Positions 29,054-41,967 of a stretch of DNA of 64,000 bases are shown piece after piece. Each line of letters starts with the position of its first letter. Positions within the stretch are counted from its first letter, which is position 1. Below the pieces are notes generated by a model. It saw nothing but the letters and a program-made list of their open reading frames with translations, had not been told where the DNA came from and did not search any database. The stretch comes from Azolla caroliniana (lineage: Eukaryota; Plantae; Polypodiophyta), in contig JBHGNT010000009.1 of assembly GCA_043228905.1 (NCBI GenBank), positions 7,750,001-7,814,000 on the forward strand, written 5' to 3'. The position numbers and the translations under genes were made by a program.

Positions 29054-31093
29054 ATGGACAACAGACCCCTCCCAAGGAGGAAACCAACGAGCAAGCAAGC
29101 AACCCTAAACCCAAACGTCGTCGACTAGATCGAAAGGATGGTCGAGGTTTGGTGAAAGATGCGGCTCCACAACCTACCCCTGTAGTAATCGAGGAAACGG
29201 AGCCCACGTAGATGCTTGATGAAATTCCGTTGTCCCAATCGATCCTAACCAGAAATACAGAACGAGGCAAGGCATCCTCATGCCTGACAATGTCGTATTG
29301 GCTTACCTGGAGATGTCAGTCGTGGCCCACGAATTCACAACATAGCTCCAATTTGGCACCTCCTTCGAAATCATGGAATTCTTGGCCATGCAACAAATCA
29401 AAGTCTCGCAATGCATGGCGAAGGAGCACGCGGAAAGGCAAATGATCGAGCAAGCTCTATCCGGAATGGTAGAACAGGAGGAAGAATGCACTCTAAGCAA
29501 GATAGGCCGAATGCGGAACGCGGATGAGGACCATATGGGAATCAAGTTGCCCCCATTAAACATCACCTTAGTCGAAGTTCACAAGGAGCTGGCCATAGTG
29601 CGGAGCGGCGCGATGGATATAGTTCTTAAGAACAAGATGACGAAGAAGGCTAAAAAGTACGCCAAGCAGCAACTTGAGGAGGCCCAAAAGACAATCACGG
29701 AATTGGAACACCATCTACAAGAAGCCACAGCCTCCTGCACACCCAAACAACAAAACCTCCATGAGGAGGTGGAAGCTCAGACAACGATAGCGGCCAAGGT
29801 GAAAAAAGTGGCGGAAATCGCCAACACCGAGATCAAGAGACTCCACTTCGAACTCCAACATCGGATCGTGAGACGGATATCCGCGCCAAGGGACATAAGG
29901 CCGTGAAGATGATCCAAGGGAAATTAGACGCAGAAATAACGGCCCACACAAAGACGATTGGAAAGCTCAATAACAAAAAGTAAGAAGTCGATCGCTCTGA
30001 AGGGATCATCACAGCACTTTAGGAGGCCGTGTAGAAAAAATGCCAATGGTACAAGGAACAAATCGAGATCGAACAACGAAACACAAGATGTATGCTTGAA
30101 CAATGAAATGGGTTGACTCAAAGCGTTGCACGATAAAGAATCCAAACTGTGGCAAGAGATAAAAGAGAGTTACGAAGAAAACACCACCTCCAACGCAAGA
30201 AAAATTTCGCACCTCAAGATGGCTCTAAAGGAAATGTGGACGCGCACAAAGATGAACACGGAGCGCATTAAGATCCTCCAAGCCATAACTTGCGAAAGAT
30301 TTACGCAGCAACTTCAAGAGGCGTTGAACACGGGATGGGCCGAATGAGCAAAATAGGCCACAGAGCTCCACACATACTAGCCCGACCAGGAGAATTGGCT
30401 GAAAGATGGTAAGGGCTTCTACAAACTTAACAAGGAAAGCAATTCCATGGTCCACGAGGACCTTACGCAAGACTATCAAGCCCTGGCCAATCGCCACTTC
30501 GAGGAGATAGCACAATTTCTTGAAGAGTTCGACGGCAGTCAGCTCGATAACTCCCTCCAACTCCAAGCATTTGAAAACGAGCAAAGGATGGCAGAAGAAG
30601 GAGAAAATACAACCGCCATCATAATCCCGGACAACGACTCTAGGGAGCACACAATCGAAAGACCCCAGCAACCGGAAGAAGAAATCCCAGAGGTCACCAC
30701 GACGTTGAACCCACCCTTGGATGCATAACCGAATTCCCTCGGCGCCACAACTGGAGATACGGCTAAAGGCCCCCTACAAGAAACACCGCATGAAGAGCCA
30801 ACAAGAGAAGCTGCACATGCGGCAGAAGAGTCACAATCAAAATGACACCAACCATTGAACGAGCAGCAGAAGGCCCACAAGAAGAACACACACAAGAGGT
30901 TGAACCAGAGCCAACAGATCCCACAGGCCCACCCACACCAGAACTGACGGAACTCACCACCCCCCCCAAATCGGAGACAACATAGCTTGTCGTCCCCCGC
31001 GAACCTGCACCTACACCCCCTGGAGCACCTACCGTAGTCCTCGTCGATACGGACCAGTCGGAGCTGAACATCCTCGACATCTTCGACAACTAA
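29054..31093 (+). pseudogene. Extra ORF 2 of the gypsy element: long E/K/Q/A-rich coiled-coil-like protein with an acidic/Pro-rich tail, disrupted
   Basis: Consecutive sense ORF pieces 29373-29906, 30126-30347 and 30447-30728 with heptad-like composition; ATG at 29054, TAA at 31091-31093. Confidence 0.55.
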
Positions 31094-31699
31094 GGAAGGT
31101 CTTTTGTGGGTTCGACCGCGCAAGCACTGTCCCACAGGCATGCCATGTGTTGGCCGCCTTGGATGACCAAGTGGGAAAGGTCTAGAGAAAATACAAAGGG
31201 ACGGTTACGGCAAGCGAAGAAGACAGGTGGGGTCGTATCATAATGAAGAGGGAGTAACAACCGTAGCGTAGGGATAGTCGAAGCGTAATTAATAATTTAA
31301 AGAAAAAGTAATGGTTCACGTGCCGAGCGTAACCGACCATAAGCCTGTATATAAAGGGCATGGAAAACTTGTAATAACGATCGATAATTTTGTATTCAAA
31401 CATCTGCAATATAGTTTCTGTTTGCTTGACTCTCTGTGTATCGTAACTCTTTGTATCTGTTGTTCGTGTCGAGTTCATTTACTTTGTCGAGTCATATACG
31501 TTGCGTATGTCGTTGCGTAAGGTGTCAGTTGTAGCCGTCTTCCTAATCTCCACAACCTCCACGATTAAGTTCACACTTATGACCTTAGGGTAGAGTCACC
31601 CGTATCACAGTTACGACGTACTCTCCATTTCTGAACCACAAGACCCCCTTGAGCCGAACGCCGAAGGACTGAGGATTCAACATAGTGTCACCTTAGCCG

Positions 31700-32250
31700 G
31701 TAACAAACTTTACTTCCTCCTCCCGAAGATTGAAGACATGTGAAAACATTTGTAATCGGAAACGCATGGGTACCATTGAGAAATATGCAAGTTTGTACAT
31801 TTAAGCATGTGCATGAGAAGCCTACCATTACATTCTCATCAACTTCCACATTTTGATAAGTTCCAACTCTAGCATTAAAATCTCCCACAACCAACACTTT
31901 TCCAATCTTCTCATATGCAAGGATGTCAACACATACATCGAAAGAATGTTCATCATCATCTAGCTCATTATGTATTTTGAGTTCCTTTTCTAGTTGCATA
32001 GGCTTGCCTTCATTGTTCTTGCTCCTTTATGGTTTGATCTTTTGACACAAAGAAATTTGTACCTCTTAGGTACACATTGCTACTAACTAAGATGATATCT
32101 CTTTTCCTAAAATCTAAGCTTTGTAAATAATAATTCAACACGATTCTCCCTCTGGCCTCTTCCAACCAACTCTATACTTTTCATAGATCAACATTACGTG
32201 TAACAAAGCGATCTTCAAAGAAATTGTGATGTTCATGGCAAGGGAAAGCG
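31700..32250 (-). mobile_element. Degenerate LINE apurinic-endonuclease fragment
   Basis: ORF 31688-31999 contains GKVLVVGDFNARVG and IFLNG..FTC..GGGS, which are APE-type endonuclease motifs. Confidence 0.7.
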
Positions 32251-33526
32251 CATTATTGAATTCTTCTTATTGCATCCCTCTAATAACAAGATTTGAGGGT
32301 TTGGGGTTTGGGATTTATACATTATTACAATCCAAGTGTGTACGTGTCTTTCTCTACTTTAAGATTGTGGGGATACAAGAACCTTTCCTAGGTTTTACAA
32401 TCTATCTTCTATTACATGGTGGTAAACCATAAGTTAGTGAAGTGTACTCAAATATTTAATAGAGGTTGGCTGGGACCCAATATTGTAAGTTGTAAATTGT
32501 AACATTATAATTTTCAGTTTCAAATAGAATTCTTGGATACTATGTGAATTGTTGACCACCATTTTTTAGACCAGATTGGATAACTAGTTAGCAATCATAC
32601 ATTGCCATCTTATAATTATACTCCATTTATTTACATTCCTACCTCCATGGACTGTGTATCGCGACCATGTGCTCTTTTTTGTTTACTTACTCTCTTTAAA
32701 GTATTTCAATTCTTCATCCACTTGCCATTATTGATTGTAATTGATATTCTTGTGTGAATATGCAATAATCCAAACTATGATGTAGATATATAATAACATG
32801 TATTGTGTACATAAGGTATGGTATGTCTTTTGAATAAAATGTTTTTTGGTCTACTCAAATAAATAGCCCATCAACCTGTGCATATATGTATGGCATATGT
32901 ATATTAGTCAAATCTATCATTGCAAGTGTCATCTCAAATTCACTATCAAACTTTTTAATAGCGAAGAAAGTTTTGCAATGCACACAAATTTATGAATGCC
33001 ATTCAAAATTTGAAGTTAAGTAATGTGATTAATCACATTGTTGTTACAATTAGAGGGAATAAGTCTTGAATGGTCAATTATTTATGGGCTCCACTTTAAG
33101 GTGTGTGTTGAACCCCCACATTCAAACAAGTCCATAGCTATATTTTAAGTAATGGGAAATAAGAGTTTGATTGTATCTGTGGTTGGAGGTGGGTAGGTAA
33201 GAGCATGGATCGTAGTCATGCCATGTAAGGAGATGAAATCAGAGAGAAAGTTTGTGGTTTGTTATAAAAGAATGTTTATGAAACATTTAAAAAAGGTTAA
33301 TAATCAGAACTTGATAATATAAAGTTTATAGTTGCCTTCCATAGTCATGTATGATTAAAAGGGATACTTACATGGTTACTAGAGAGGAGGGTGCATTGTG
33401 TAGGCTTTACATTTTTGCTTAGTGTATGTAGTATTTTCAATATATTAAGGTAGACTCTACTTGGTGGGTTGACATGAAACCCTAACTTGTCAAGAAATAG
33501 GAATACTTTCCCCATCTTGCATGAAG

Positions 33527-34486
33527 TTATAACAACGCCTTCCAAATATCTGCATCACAATTGTTGGACAAAAGAGTAGTGCATAAGTCAGTTGAGGGTA
33601 TATGGTATGGCCTTGTGTCGTTTGGTAAGTTGTCAAGTACATCCCATCGGTCATAGTCTACAAGATTTTCATCACCTTCGAATATAAGAGACTTGGTGTA
33701 GCTAGAAGTATCCAACATGGGCATATCTGGCAAAGCCAATGATGAAGGGAAAACATCTGATCTCTTGCAATATGAAGGCTCCACACTTGTCAAGGATCTT
33801 CTTTGATAGTAATCGATATCTAGAAAAGAGGTGTTATTGTTTGTGTTGCTCTTTGGACTTTCTAGTTGTGGCATGTGCAAAAAGGGAACTTTTGGCATTA
33901 TATCTTCATAATCTTCCTCAATTTTGCAAAATAATGTCTTATGTCCACAAGAGATTGTTGGATCACTTGAAATTGTTTGTACCTACATGAAACATAGTTC
34001 AAGAAACGAGAACTCATGTTAATATATTGTGTATGCCTTGAATGATTACATCAAACCCCTTAAACATTTATTGTATATAGTTTTTCGTTGTTACTTGGTA
34101 AAGCACAATGTCAAATTACCACCTTTATATTTCCATTATAAAGCAATACCACACGGTTGTGCATCACACTAATTTTGGTAAAACTTTTCTCCTTAAAACA
34201 TGTATCACAAATTCAATTTCCACAAAGTTAACTAATGTTATGATAACGTTTCCTAAGAAACAGTTAGTGAATATATACCTGAAAGTTATTAAAATTTTGA
34301 TCTAGACTAGGATTTTCGCTCACTAGGCTAGATTGCTCCTCTTCTGATGCTAACATCATTATCGATGGGTTGGATGGAACGGCAGTTTTTTGATGGTGTA
34401 TACGCTTCTTGAAGACTCTACAAACAACCCAACAATCCTCCTAAACATGTGGAACAACAAAAGGTTTAAAGTCACCCCATTATGAT

Positions 34487-34560
<74 letters not shown>

Positions 34561-37126
34561 GACATACCACAAACCTATGAATGACATATGAATTCAACCA
34601 AATGGGATTTTAAAAATTAGTATTGGTATTGATAAATGGTGTATTTCGGTATTGATTGGGAAACGGATATTGGTAAAATATGACGAGGGGTGTTTCCTAA
34701 TTTAAAGTCAAATGGCTTAAGTGGCATAAGTATGTGTGTAAACATTTGTTTTCTTGAATGACATTCAAACTTGTTTTTTTCCTACAATTTATGTGCACAA
34801 ACATACACACTCACAAAAAGAATTAATGCGTACAAACATGACATTTTACGTGTTTATACCAAGGTATTATAACATGTCTCACATAATACGTAAATGTTTT
34901 CTCTCTCCCTCTCCCTCTCCCTCTTCCTCTCATTGTCTTCCAATCAATTTCATCACACCTCTAAGTCCTTGAAAAATCATATACAACACGGTTTATCTTA
35001 ACTATATGCCATAAGTGATGCATTGAAATAAATGACCTTATATGATGTACACATAATTGACACAACCACCTCATGGATCAAGTCTCTATATAAAAACTAC
35101 TCTCTCTCTCTCTCTCATGATTCACATTAGAGATAGAAACTTACTGATGCATATGAATTTTGATGTTGGTCTTCGACCTCATCATCATTGGATAGGAGTC
35201 TATACTCGTGCATGATCCAATCAGTTTTTTGACCATGTGGTGCTCGACCACGATAGAAAACGAGTGTCTTGCGCATGCCAATCCGACCACGATGTGGAGA
35301 TGCATGCACCGCCTTGTCACGACCTGTTGCCTTCCAAAAGCCTGCTGCGGTTGCTCGATTTGTTCGTGTTCCAGTTGGATACTTCTTATCTTTGTGGCTA
35401 AAGAAATACCAATCTGTTTGTTGAGCTGTGTCGATTCGACATCTCTCTGTAAGCATGGTACCACTTTATCAACACTAACCATCACCCTTGCATGGAGTAT
35501 GTTATATGTATTATACCATCATTGTTATCCATCATAAATTGATGGATATTGCTAATATTTCAATATGATGTAGTTATCATGCCTCTATTGTCGTCATCTT
35601 ACCAATTTCCACACACTAGCATTTGGCTTAACATAATTATATTTTTTAACATGAATCATCTATCCTTTGTATGCTTAAGATAACAATAGACAAGTAGAAA
35701 ACCCTAAATTTCAATGAATTTATATTCACAAAGTTAATGTACGTTGATTTATCGAATCAAATTCATCCTCCTTACCGATTGGCAAGGATAATATTTTTAA
35801 TAAATTCTTATTGAAAGCGATGACCACTTTCTTGACAAGTTATAGAACTATATATCAAATATTGATCAAAACTTTACTGACTTGGAAAGTTTCTCATTTT
35901 ACATCGCTCATTAGTTATACATACATTGCCTTCATAACAATTAACATTATTAATTGTAGTCTACTTCACCTACATTGGCCCATGTTCACATTAACTTTGT
36001 AAGTAGATGAGGACTTGAATGATTATATGAAATTTTGATCTTTATGAGAAACTAGAGTACTTATATATGCGTTTGCAAAGTTTCTTATGTATCACTAACA
36101 AATATAATAGAGTGGTTCTCATTGATATATGATTTGGTAAGTTGGGTAATACAATCTATTTCTTGGGTATGATACATATATAAAATCCATTGTCCCTTTA
36201 ATATTTTTTCCAGATTATAACAACTATGACCACATATTCATTATCAATATTTAGATAATCATACATTAGTTGAACATCACAAACAACAACTTCCTTTTTC
36301 TTGTCTAGGTCTACCCTACATCACATAGTCATTTATATATCATTGAAGATGTAACTTTAATAAATTGAGAATTGATTTGGATGCATTTCAATCTAAAATA
36401 TGCACCTAAGGTTTTAAACCTCTCACTTGCACAACCTCATTTTTTGGTGACATTTTTTCTCACTACATTAATTGGACAACCTTATAGACATGAATCACTA
36501 CACTATATGACTATTGTGTTATATGATCTTTGTTTAAATGACAATGTAATTAGTTACATGTCATCGTCATAATACGACCACTACTTAATCATTGTATCAT
36601 CATGTGGAGGAGTTACATGCTTGATCTATATATTCATGAATTATATTCTAGACATGTACATACATATGATTTTTGAGATTGAATCATCATATGATTTACA
36701 TTTCTCTCCACTACTTAATCATTGTATCATCATGTGGAGGAGTTACATGCTTGATCTATATATTCATGAATTATATTCTAGACATGTAACATACATATGA
36801 TTTTTGAGATTGAATTCCTTGATATCTAGTGGGCACCATTCTTGTTACAAACTCATGGGCGATTAATAAACGATGATGTCGATTGTGAATCAAAAGTTTC
36901 TCCTCATGACTTTATATTAGAGTCTCACATGTCTCATCATAGATAGCTCGATATGTTACTCATGATGGCACAAATGATACCCTAGACTAAATATGTGAGC
37001 TAGAGGTTGAATGTACCACATCCCTATTATAAGAGGCCCCCCAATAATTGCACATGCGCCACAAAGCACACAAGTGTCATAACGTTAGAGCTCTCGATTG
37101 ATCGACGCCACATAACCTCCCTCCCT

Positions 37127-37180
<54 letters not shown>

Positions 37181-37318
37181 GGATGGGCACTCTTGATTGA
37201 AACATTCATTAGTAAAGTTCTTGAACATCGAATGTCGCTACTCACTTTCACATGTATTATGTGGAATGTAATATTTTTGGTCTCGTAGGTCATATTTGAC
37301 CTCCGAAGACAATAATAG

Positions 37319-37383
<65 letters not shown>

Positions 37384-37856
37384 GCTAGGCCCTGTTCTCA
37401 TTGATTTTGCAATCGGTCTCCCATGGACGCTAAACATATATGTATCTACACATCTACAGGGAGAAGTTGTGGGATGGGGGGGGGGGGGGGGGGTGGATGT
37501 AGAAGGTGTTTAAACTCAATAAAAAACCCCAAAATTGTCTAGACTTTGACTGATGCTGACTCTTGACTTTGATTGACATGTGGGCATTTTACATACATAC
37601 ATGCATACATACATACATACATACATACATACATACCGTGGAGGTCCCAAGGCTCTAGCTTGTTGAGGTCAACGTCTCGGATGACGTCAAGGTCAAAGCT
37701 CTCCATCTTGACTTTCTTCCTGAGGTAGTAATTCACGAGCTCCTCGTCTGTGGGATGGAAGCGGAAGCCTGGCGGCACTCGGCCTCCTCCATTTCCATTA
37801 TTTCCATTATTTCCATTATTATTATTATTATTATTGCTGCTGCTGTTACCGGCCAT
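33527..37856 (-). CDS. NAC transcription factor of the VNS (VND/NST/SMB) group; 4 exons, about 379 aa
   Basis: Exons 37856-37637, 35446-35145, 34440-34279, 33982-33527 (GT-AG, 1140 nt, in frame). NAC subdomains [85 protein letters not shown]-terminal LP box (MPQLESP), WQ-box-like DRWDVLD and terminal DIW. Confidence 0.92.
36579..36814. repeat. About 130-bp tandem duplication in NAC intron 1
   Basis: ccactacttaatcattgtatcatcatgtggag...ttttgagattgaat starts at about 36579 and about 36708. Confidence 0.9.
37118..37636. repeat. Microsatellite cluster in NAC intron 1: (CT)n(CA)n, long (CT)n, poly-G, (CATA)n
   Basis: Seen directly at about 37118-37179, 37321-37378, 37476-37493 and 37590-37636. 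Other microsatellites at about 2200-2280, 3797-3828, 34489-34558, 40877-40924, 41634-41684 and 41922-41966. Confidence 0.95.
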
Positions 37857-40800
37857 CGCCTGCTATCCCCTCTCCTGCATCCAACTTCAATAATCTATCT
37901 CTCCACTCCTCTTCTTTTTTCTTTTTCTTTTTGCTTGCTATGTTTATTTTTATTCTTTAAATCGATTAGAATCCCTGCAATCGAATTGAACAAAGAAAAA
38001 AAAAAAGAAAAAAAAAAAGAAAAAGAAAAAAAGAAAAAAAGAAAAAAAGAACTAAACAGATCAACCTCCCTTTTTATTTATATTTATTTATTTATCCACT
38101 TATTTAGATGCGTATGTATGTTTATGTAACGTGCATATGCATCAAAAAAATTTGGGACCCTCTATCTCTCTCTCTCTCTTTTAAATCTCTAATTTTTGTT
38201 TTTGTTTTTCAATCCTTCAAAAGGTGCAAAGTTCAAATCCTCCCTGAAGCAAGCAAGGAATATGTGAAAATTAAACAGCTGTTCTCTTCCGGTTCTCCAC
38301 TCATTCACTATCTTGCATCTCATTAACTCGATTTCCATTACCTTGTCAAAACTTAGAAGTACCAAAATTATATCACTTTGCGCAGCATGAACCCATTATT
38401 ATTAGTATTGTTCCTATAATGTCCTTTGTTGTTTCCAAATCTCAAACTATAGCTCACAATATGGTAAGGTTATAAAGAAATTCAATTGGCATTGCCCACT
38501 CAAGGTAATGTACTCACCAATTTAAATGTGGCATATGAAACTTGAGATCATCTTGCTCGACGATTAAATATCGAAATTCTCAATCCTGAGTAATATAAGT
38601 TTGTTTACAAGGACTTGTTGTTATGTGGGAAAAAAGAGAGGAAATGGCTTTTTAGGCATAGACCATCAACTTGAAGATCATAATGGAGCATAGGCAAGAC
38701 ACTCTATCATGAGATTATGATGGAAAGCGAGTTTTAGAGCGAGATTTGAATGAGTATAAGTTGTGCATATTAGGGTTCTACGTTTTTGTGCAATTATTGG
38801 ATTAAATAGTGAAGCAAAGTGAGATTATGAATAGATATTGATCATGGATTGACATTAAAGGAATATGGGAGGTTAATTAGGCCTAGTTTGGCAACACAAT
38901 ATGGCACCATGCCTGATCGCACAAACAAAATACAATATGCCAATGAAACACTTAGAAGGAAGGAAGCTTTTACAATGAGTTCTCGAGACTTATATAGCCA
39001 CGGAATATATGCCTTTTATGGAGCCCAATCGCCCCTCCCCCTCTCAAGACTAGGTTCGCTAACGATGACATATTTCCTTTACCAACGTTTTATGTCGATC
39101 GATAAAAGTTGTCGCTACAAAGATGCTTTATTTGGTACGAATATATTATTAATTATTTGCGCCTAACCTTTTTTGCTTTATATCGGTCCAAGGAAAATCT
39201 TCACCTTGTTCAAGTATGAGTTGATCATATAGACTTCTAATGGTTAGTGTTTCCTTCACTTGGGCTCTAGTCTTCTTTATAAAGGAGCAAGTATAGTGAC
39301 AAAAGGAATAAATCTCTTTTCGTAGTTTTGTTCACACCATGTGCATGTGCATGGTCATGTGCAAGTTCACACCCATGTGCCTCTATCCTACTCTCTTTTC
39401 TCTGCAAACCCTAAAAAATGTGCATTCTATTTTGTAGTCCCTCGTCCACATGTTAAACACGATTATCGATGCAAATGTAGAAATGCCTTTCCTACCATGT
39501 TAGGAAATCTTTACATTACGTTACACTCGTGAATTCTCATCCTAATCTATTTCTCTAGTACAAGGCAAATGTTCATAATTTGGATTGAGTAGAACATTTA
39601 TTCTTTGCCATCAACATCCTAACTCTTCTTTTTAGTGTCTTACCAAATATAACTTGTAGGCAAATTGTTAGGGCATCACCTTAAGAACCAATGCCATAAG
39701 ACATTTTTAATGGATTTAAGGATAGGATTTGGGCTAATTCATAAATACTTGAGACATGTGGGAACATGTGGCGATCTAGACCCCCTAAGGTGTTCAACAA
39801 CAACGAAGGGAACTAGCTTAACCTCTTCGTCACCGAATCTAAAAAAACTTGTTGAGATTTGTGGTTTGATAGACTTTTGAGGTATACCAGAAGGTCATAT
39901 TTGGTGGCATGGGATGTCGATGGGGTTGGGTATTCATCTCTTATCAAGTGTAGTTCCGTAAATTAATTCCATAGAGTCATTGGCCATAGTACAAATACAA
40001 TCGTCCATTTTGAATAACTCAATCTATTTCTCATGCTAAAGTGTTTGGATGACCAATCCAAAGTTGGCTAATAAGATTCAAAGGTTTAACATAACCCCTA
40101 AAACAATGTTGTTTACTTCGTATTTCCACTTGGAACTATTAGGTTTATATTTACAAAACAAATTTTTAACACATGATCTTATTCATAGTAACAATTGTTT
40201 TACATGTAAAGCTTCCTAGACAATTCTTTGTAATCACAATGTTCTAGTGCATGATTCAAAATCTATAAGGGAATTTAGAGAATTAATGAAACAAATGTAA
40301 AATCATTCTCAATATATGAATTTACCTCACATTTCACATGAAATTAAGTAGTTTCCATGCTTATATGGACTCTTATAAACTTCATTTTGAGAATTTATTG
40401 GAAGAAATGAGATTATCTTGTTTTTCTTGAAATTCCCAATTCTAAGTTTTGAATGTTCTCTTGTGGATTTCAATGATCTAATTTATAATGAATTGATTAA
40501 CATTCCATCGTTCATAATTCATATGTCATAGATTGTGCACCTACGCTAGATTTTTTTGTCCCCTAAGGAAGGAAGAAGGATCGAGAACTTAGATTATAGA
40601 GAAGTCATCATGTATAAAAAGGGGAAATTTAGATTTTTGTGCCAGAATGACAAGTGATGTCAGTTAAACTTAAAACAAGTGAAAAGGACAATTGTGCTAT
40701 AATATTCGTTTTTGAACTCGCTTTTGTAATCCTTCGCTAAATTGCATTGGGAAACATAACGTGAGATTCATACATGCACCATTTCATTTACTCATCATAA

Positions 40801-41634
40801 GATGAGTCTCCAAAGGATTTTCCACTTTCTATTAGGTTTTAATTAGGTCAAGTTTCTTTGGCTTCATCATTGAGGTTATATATATATATATATATATAGA
40901 TAGATAGATAGATAGATAGATAGATTAATGCCCACATGTAGCGTTACATACACATACAATTATGCCTCGGCCACACTCACAGAAATACATATATGTTCGC
41001 CTCTTTTTATTTATATTTACCAATCCCCATTTTGGGAAATACACATCAAGATATCCGCATGGTTGAAAAAGAATGACACTCTTATATTAAACGTTAAGGA
41101 TATAAAAAACATTGAAACGTAGTGGAGGTTCTCATTCAAATTTTACCCTCGGTTATTTCTTAGCATTCCCACAATCAATGCGTACGTCTATTTTAAAATT
41201 TACATGAGAACCCCCAATTCACCAACAAATGTCCTTCATCACCCTAAATCCCAAGAAAATCAAGCAGCTAGTTATATCAATATAGGTTCCCTTTTGTTTA
41301 AAAACTAGTTGTTACGATATGCAAGGTTGGATGCAAAATAGTTTATAGAGATTACACACTATACTCACATGAGAGCATGTTGTAGGCTATTAGATATGTT
41401 TTATGTTCATAATTAAATATTTGAAGCATATTCGATGCCTCCACATAAATTGAGCCCACCACATATGATTGTTATTGTCCTATATGTGGTTTTGGGTTTT
41501 CGTGAATGCTAACTCATTTCGTTCTTTGTTATTTTCTACAATTCATTGATATCAGTAGCATCCCTTTCTAATGTGTGCATATAAATACACACAATCCATT
41601 GATGTCGATTATTGAAAAACACAATTCTCTTTCC

Positions 41635-41668
<34 letters not shown>

Positions 41669-41921
41669 GTGTGTGTGTGTGTGTTGCTTAGGCATTCTGA
41701 TCTCTCTTACTTTGCACAATATACTCATGCATGACAATCACTTGACCATACCAATTATATCACACACACACCATCCTCTATCAATTTATACTTATATATA
41801 TGTATATGTTGCTTGGGACTTTATGTAGATAAATTGATACCAATGTGTTCTTGCCATTCATTTAGTGATACCAATAAATGTGTGTGTGATGTAAAATCCA
41901 CAAATTCATTTATGCAAATAT

Positions 41922-41967
<46 letters not shown>

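Larger units (their letters stand above)
23921..31682 (+). mobile_element. Decayed, 5'-truncated non-chromovirus Ty3/gypsy (Athila/Tat-like) with PR-RT-RH-INT, two extra 3' ORFs and an LTR-like end
   Basis: Protease CIVDGGSGVNVIS (about 24060); DVFAWSHEDMKG; RT remnants 24900-25550; RNase H DASD..NYSTTEHE; integrase PFQKWALDF-like, ISDQGGHF, WAYRTSFK. Many stops and frameshifts; no chromodomain seen. Extra ORFs at 27827-28484 and 29054-31093. LTR-like segment with TATA at about 31347 ends ..ttcaaca at 31682. Confidence 0.8.

Noticed and set aside
21884-32250. RT (21884-23685) and endonuclease (31700-32250) as one LINE split by the gypsy element
   Set aside because: The RT piece is bounded by its own TSD inside a copia and is intact, while the endonuclease piece is heavily decayed; they are separate insertions.
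37027-38129. Low-complexity ORFs ([21 protein letters not shown])
   Set aside because: Translations of microsatellites and of the antisense strand of NAC exon 1 and its 5' UTR.
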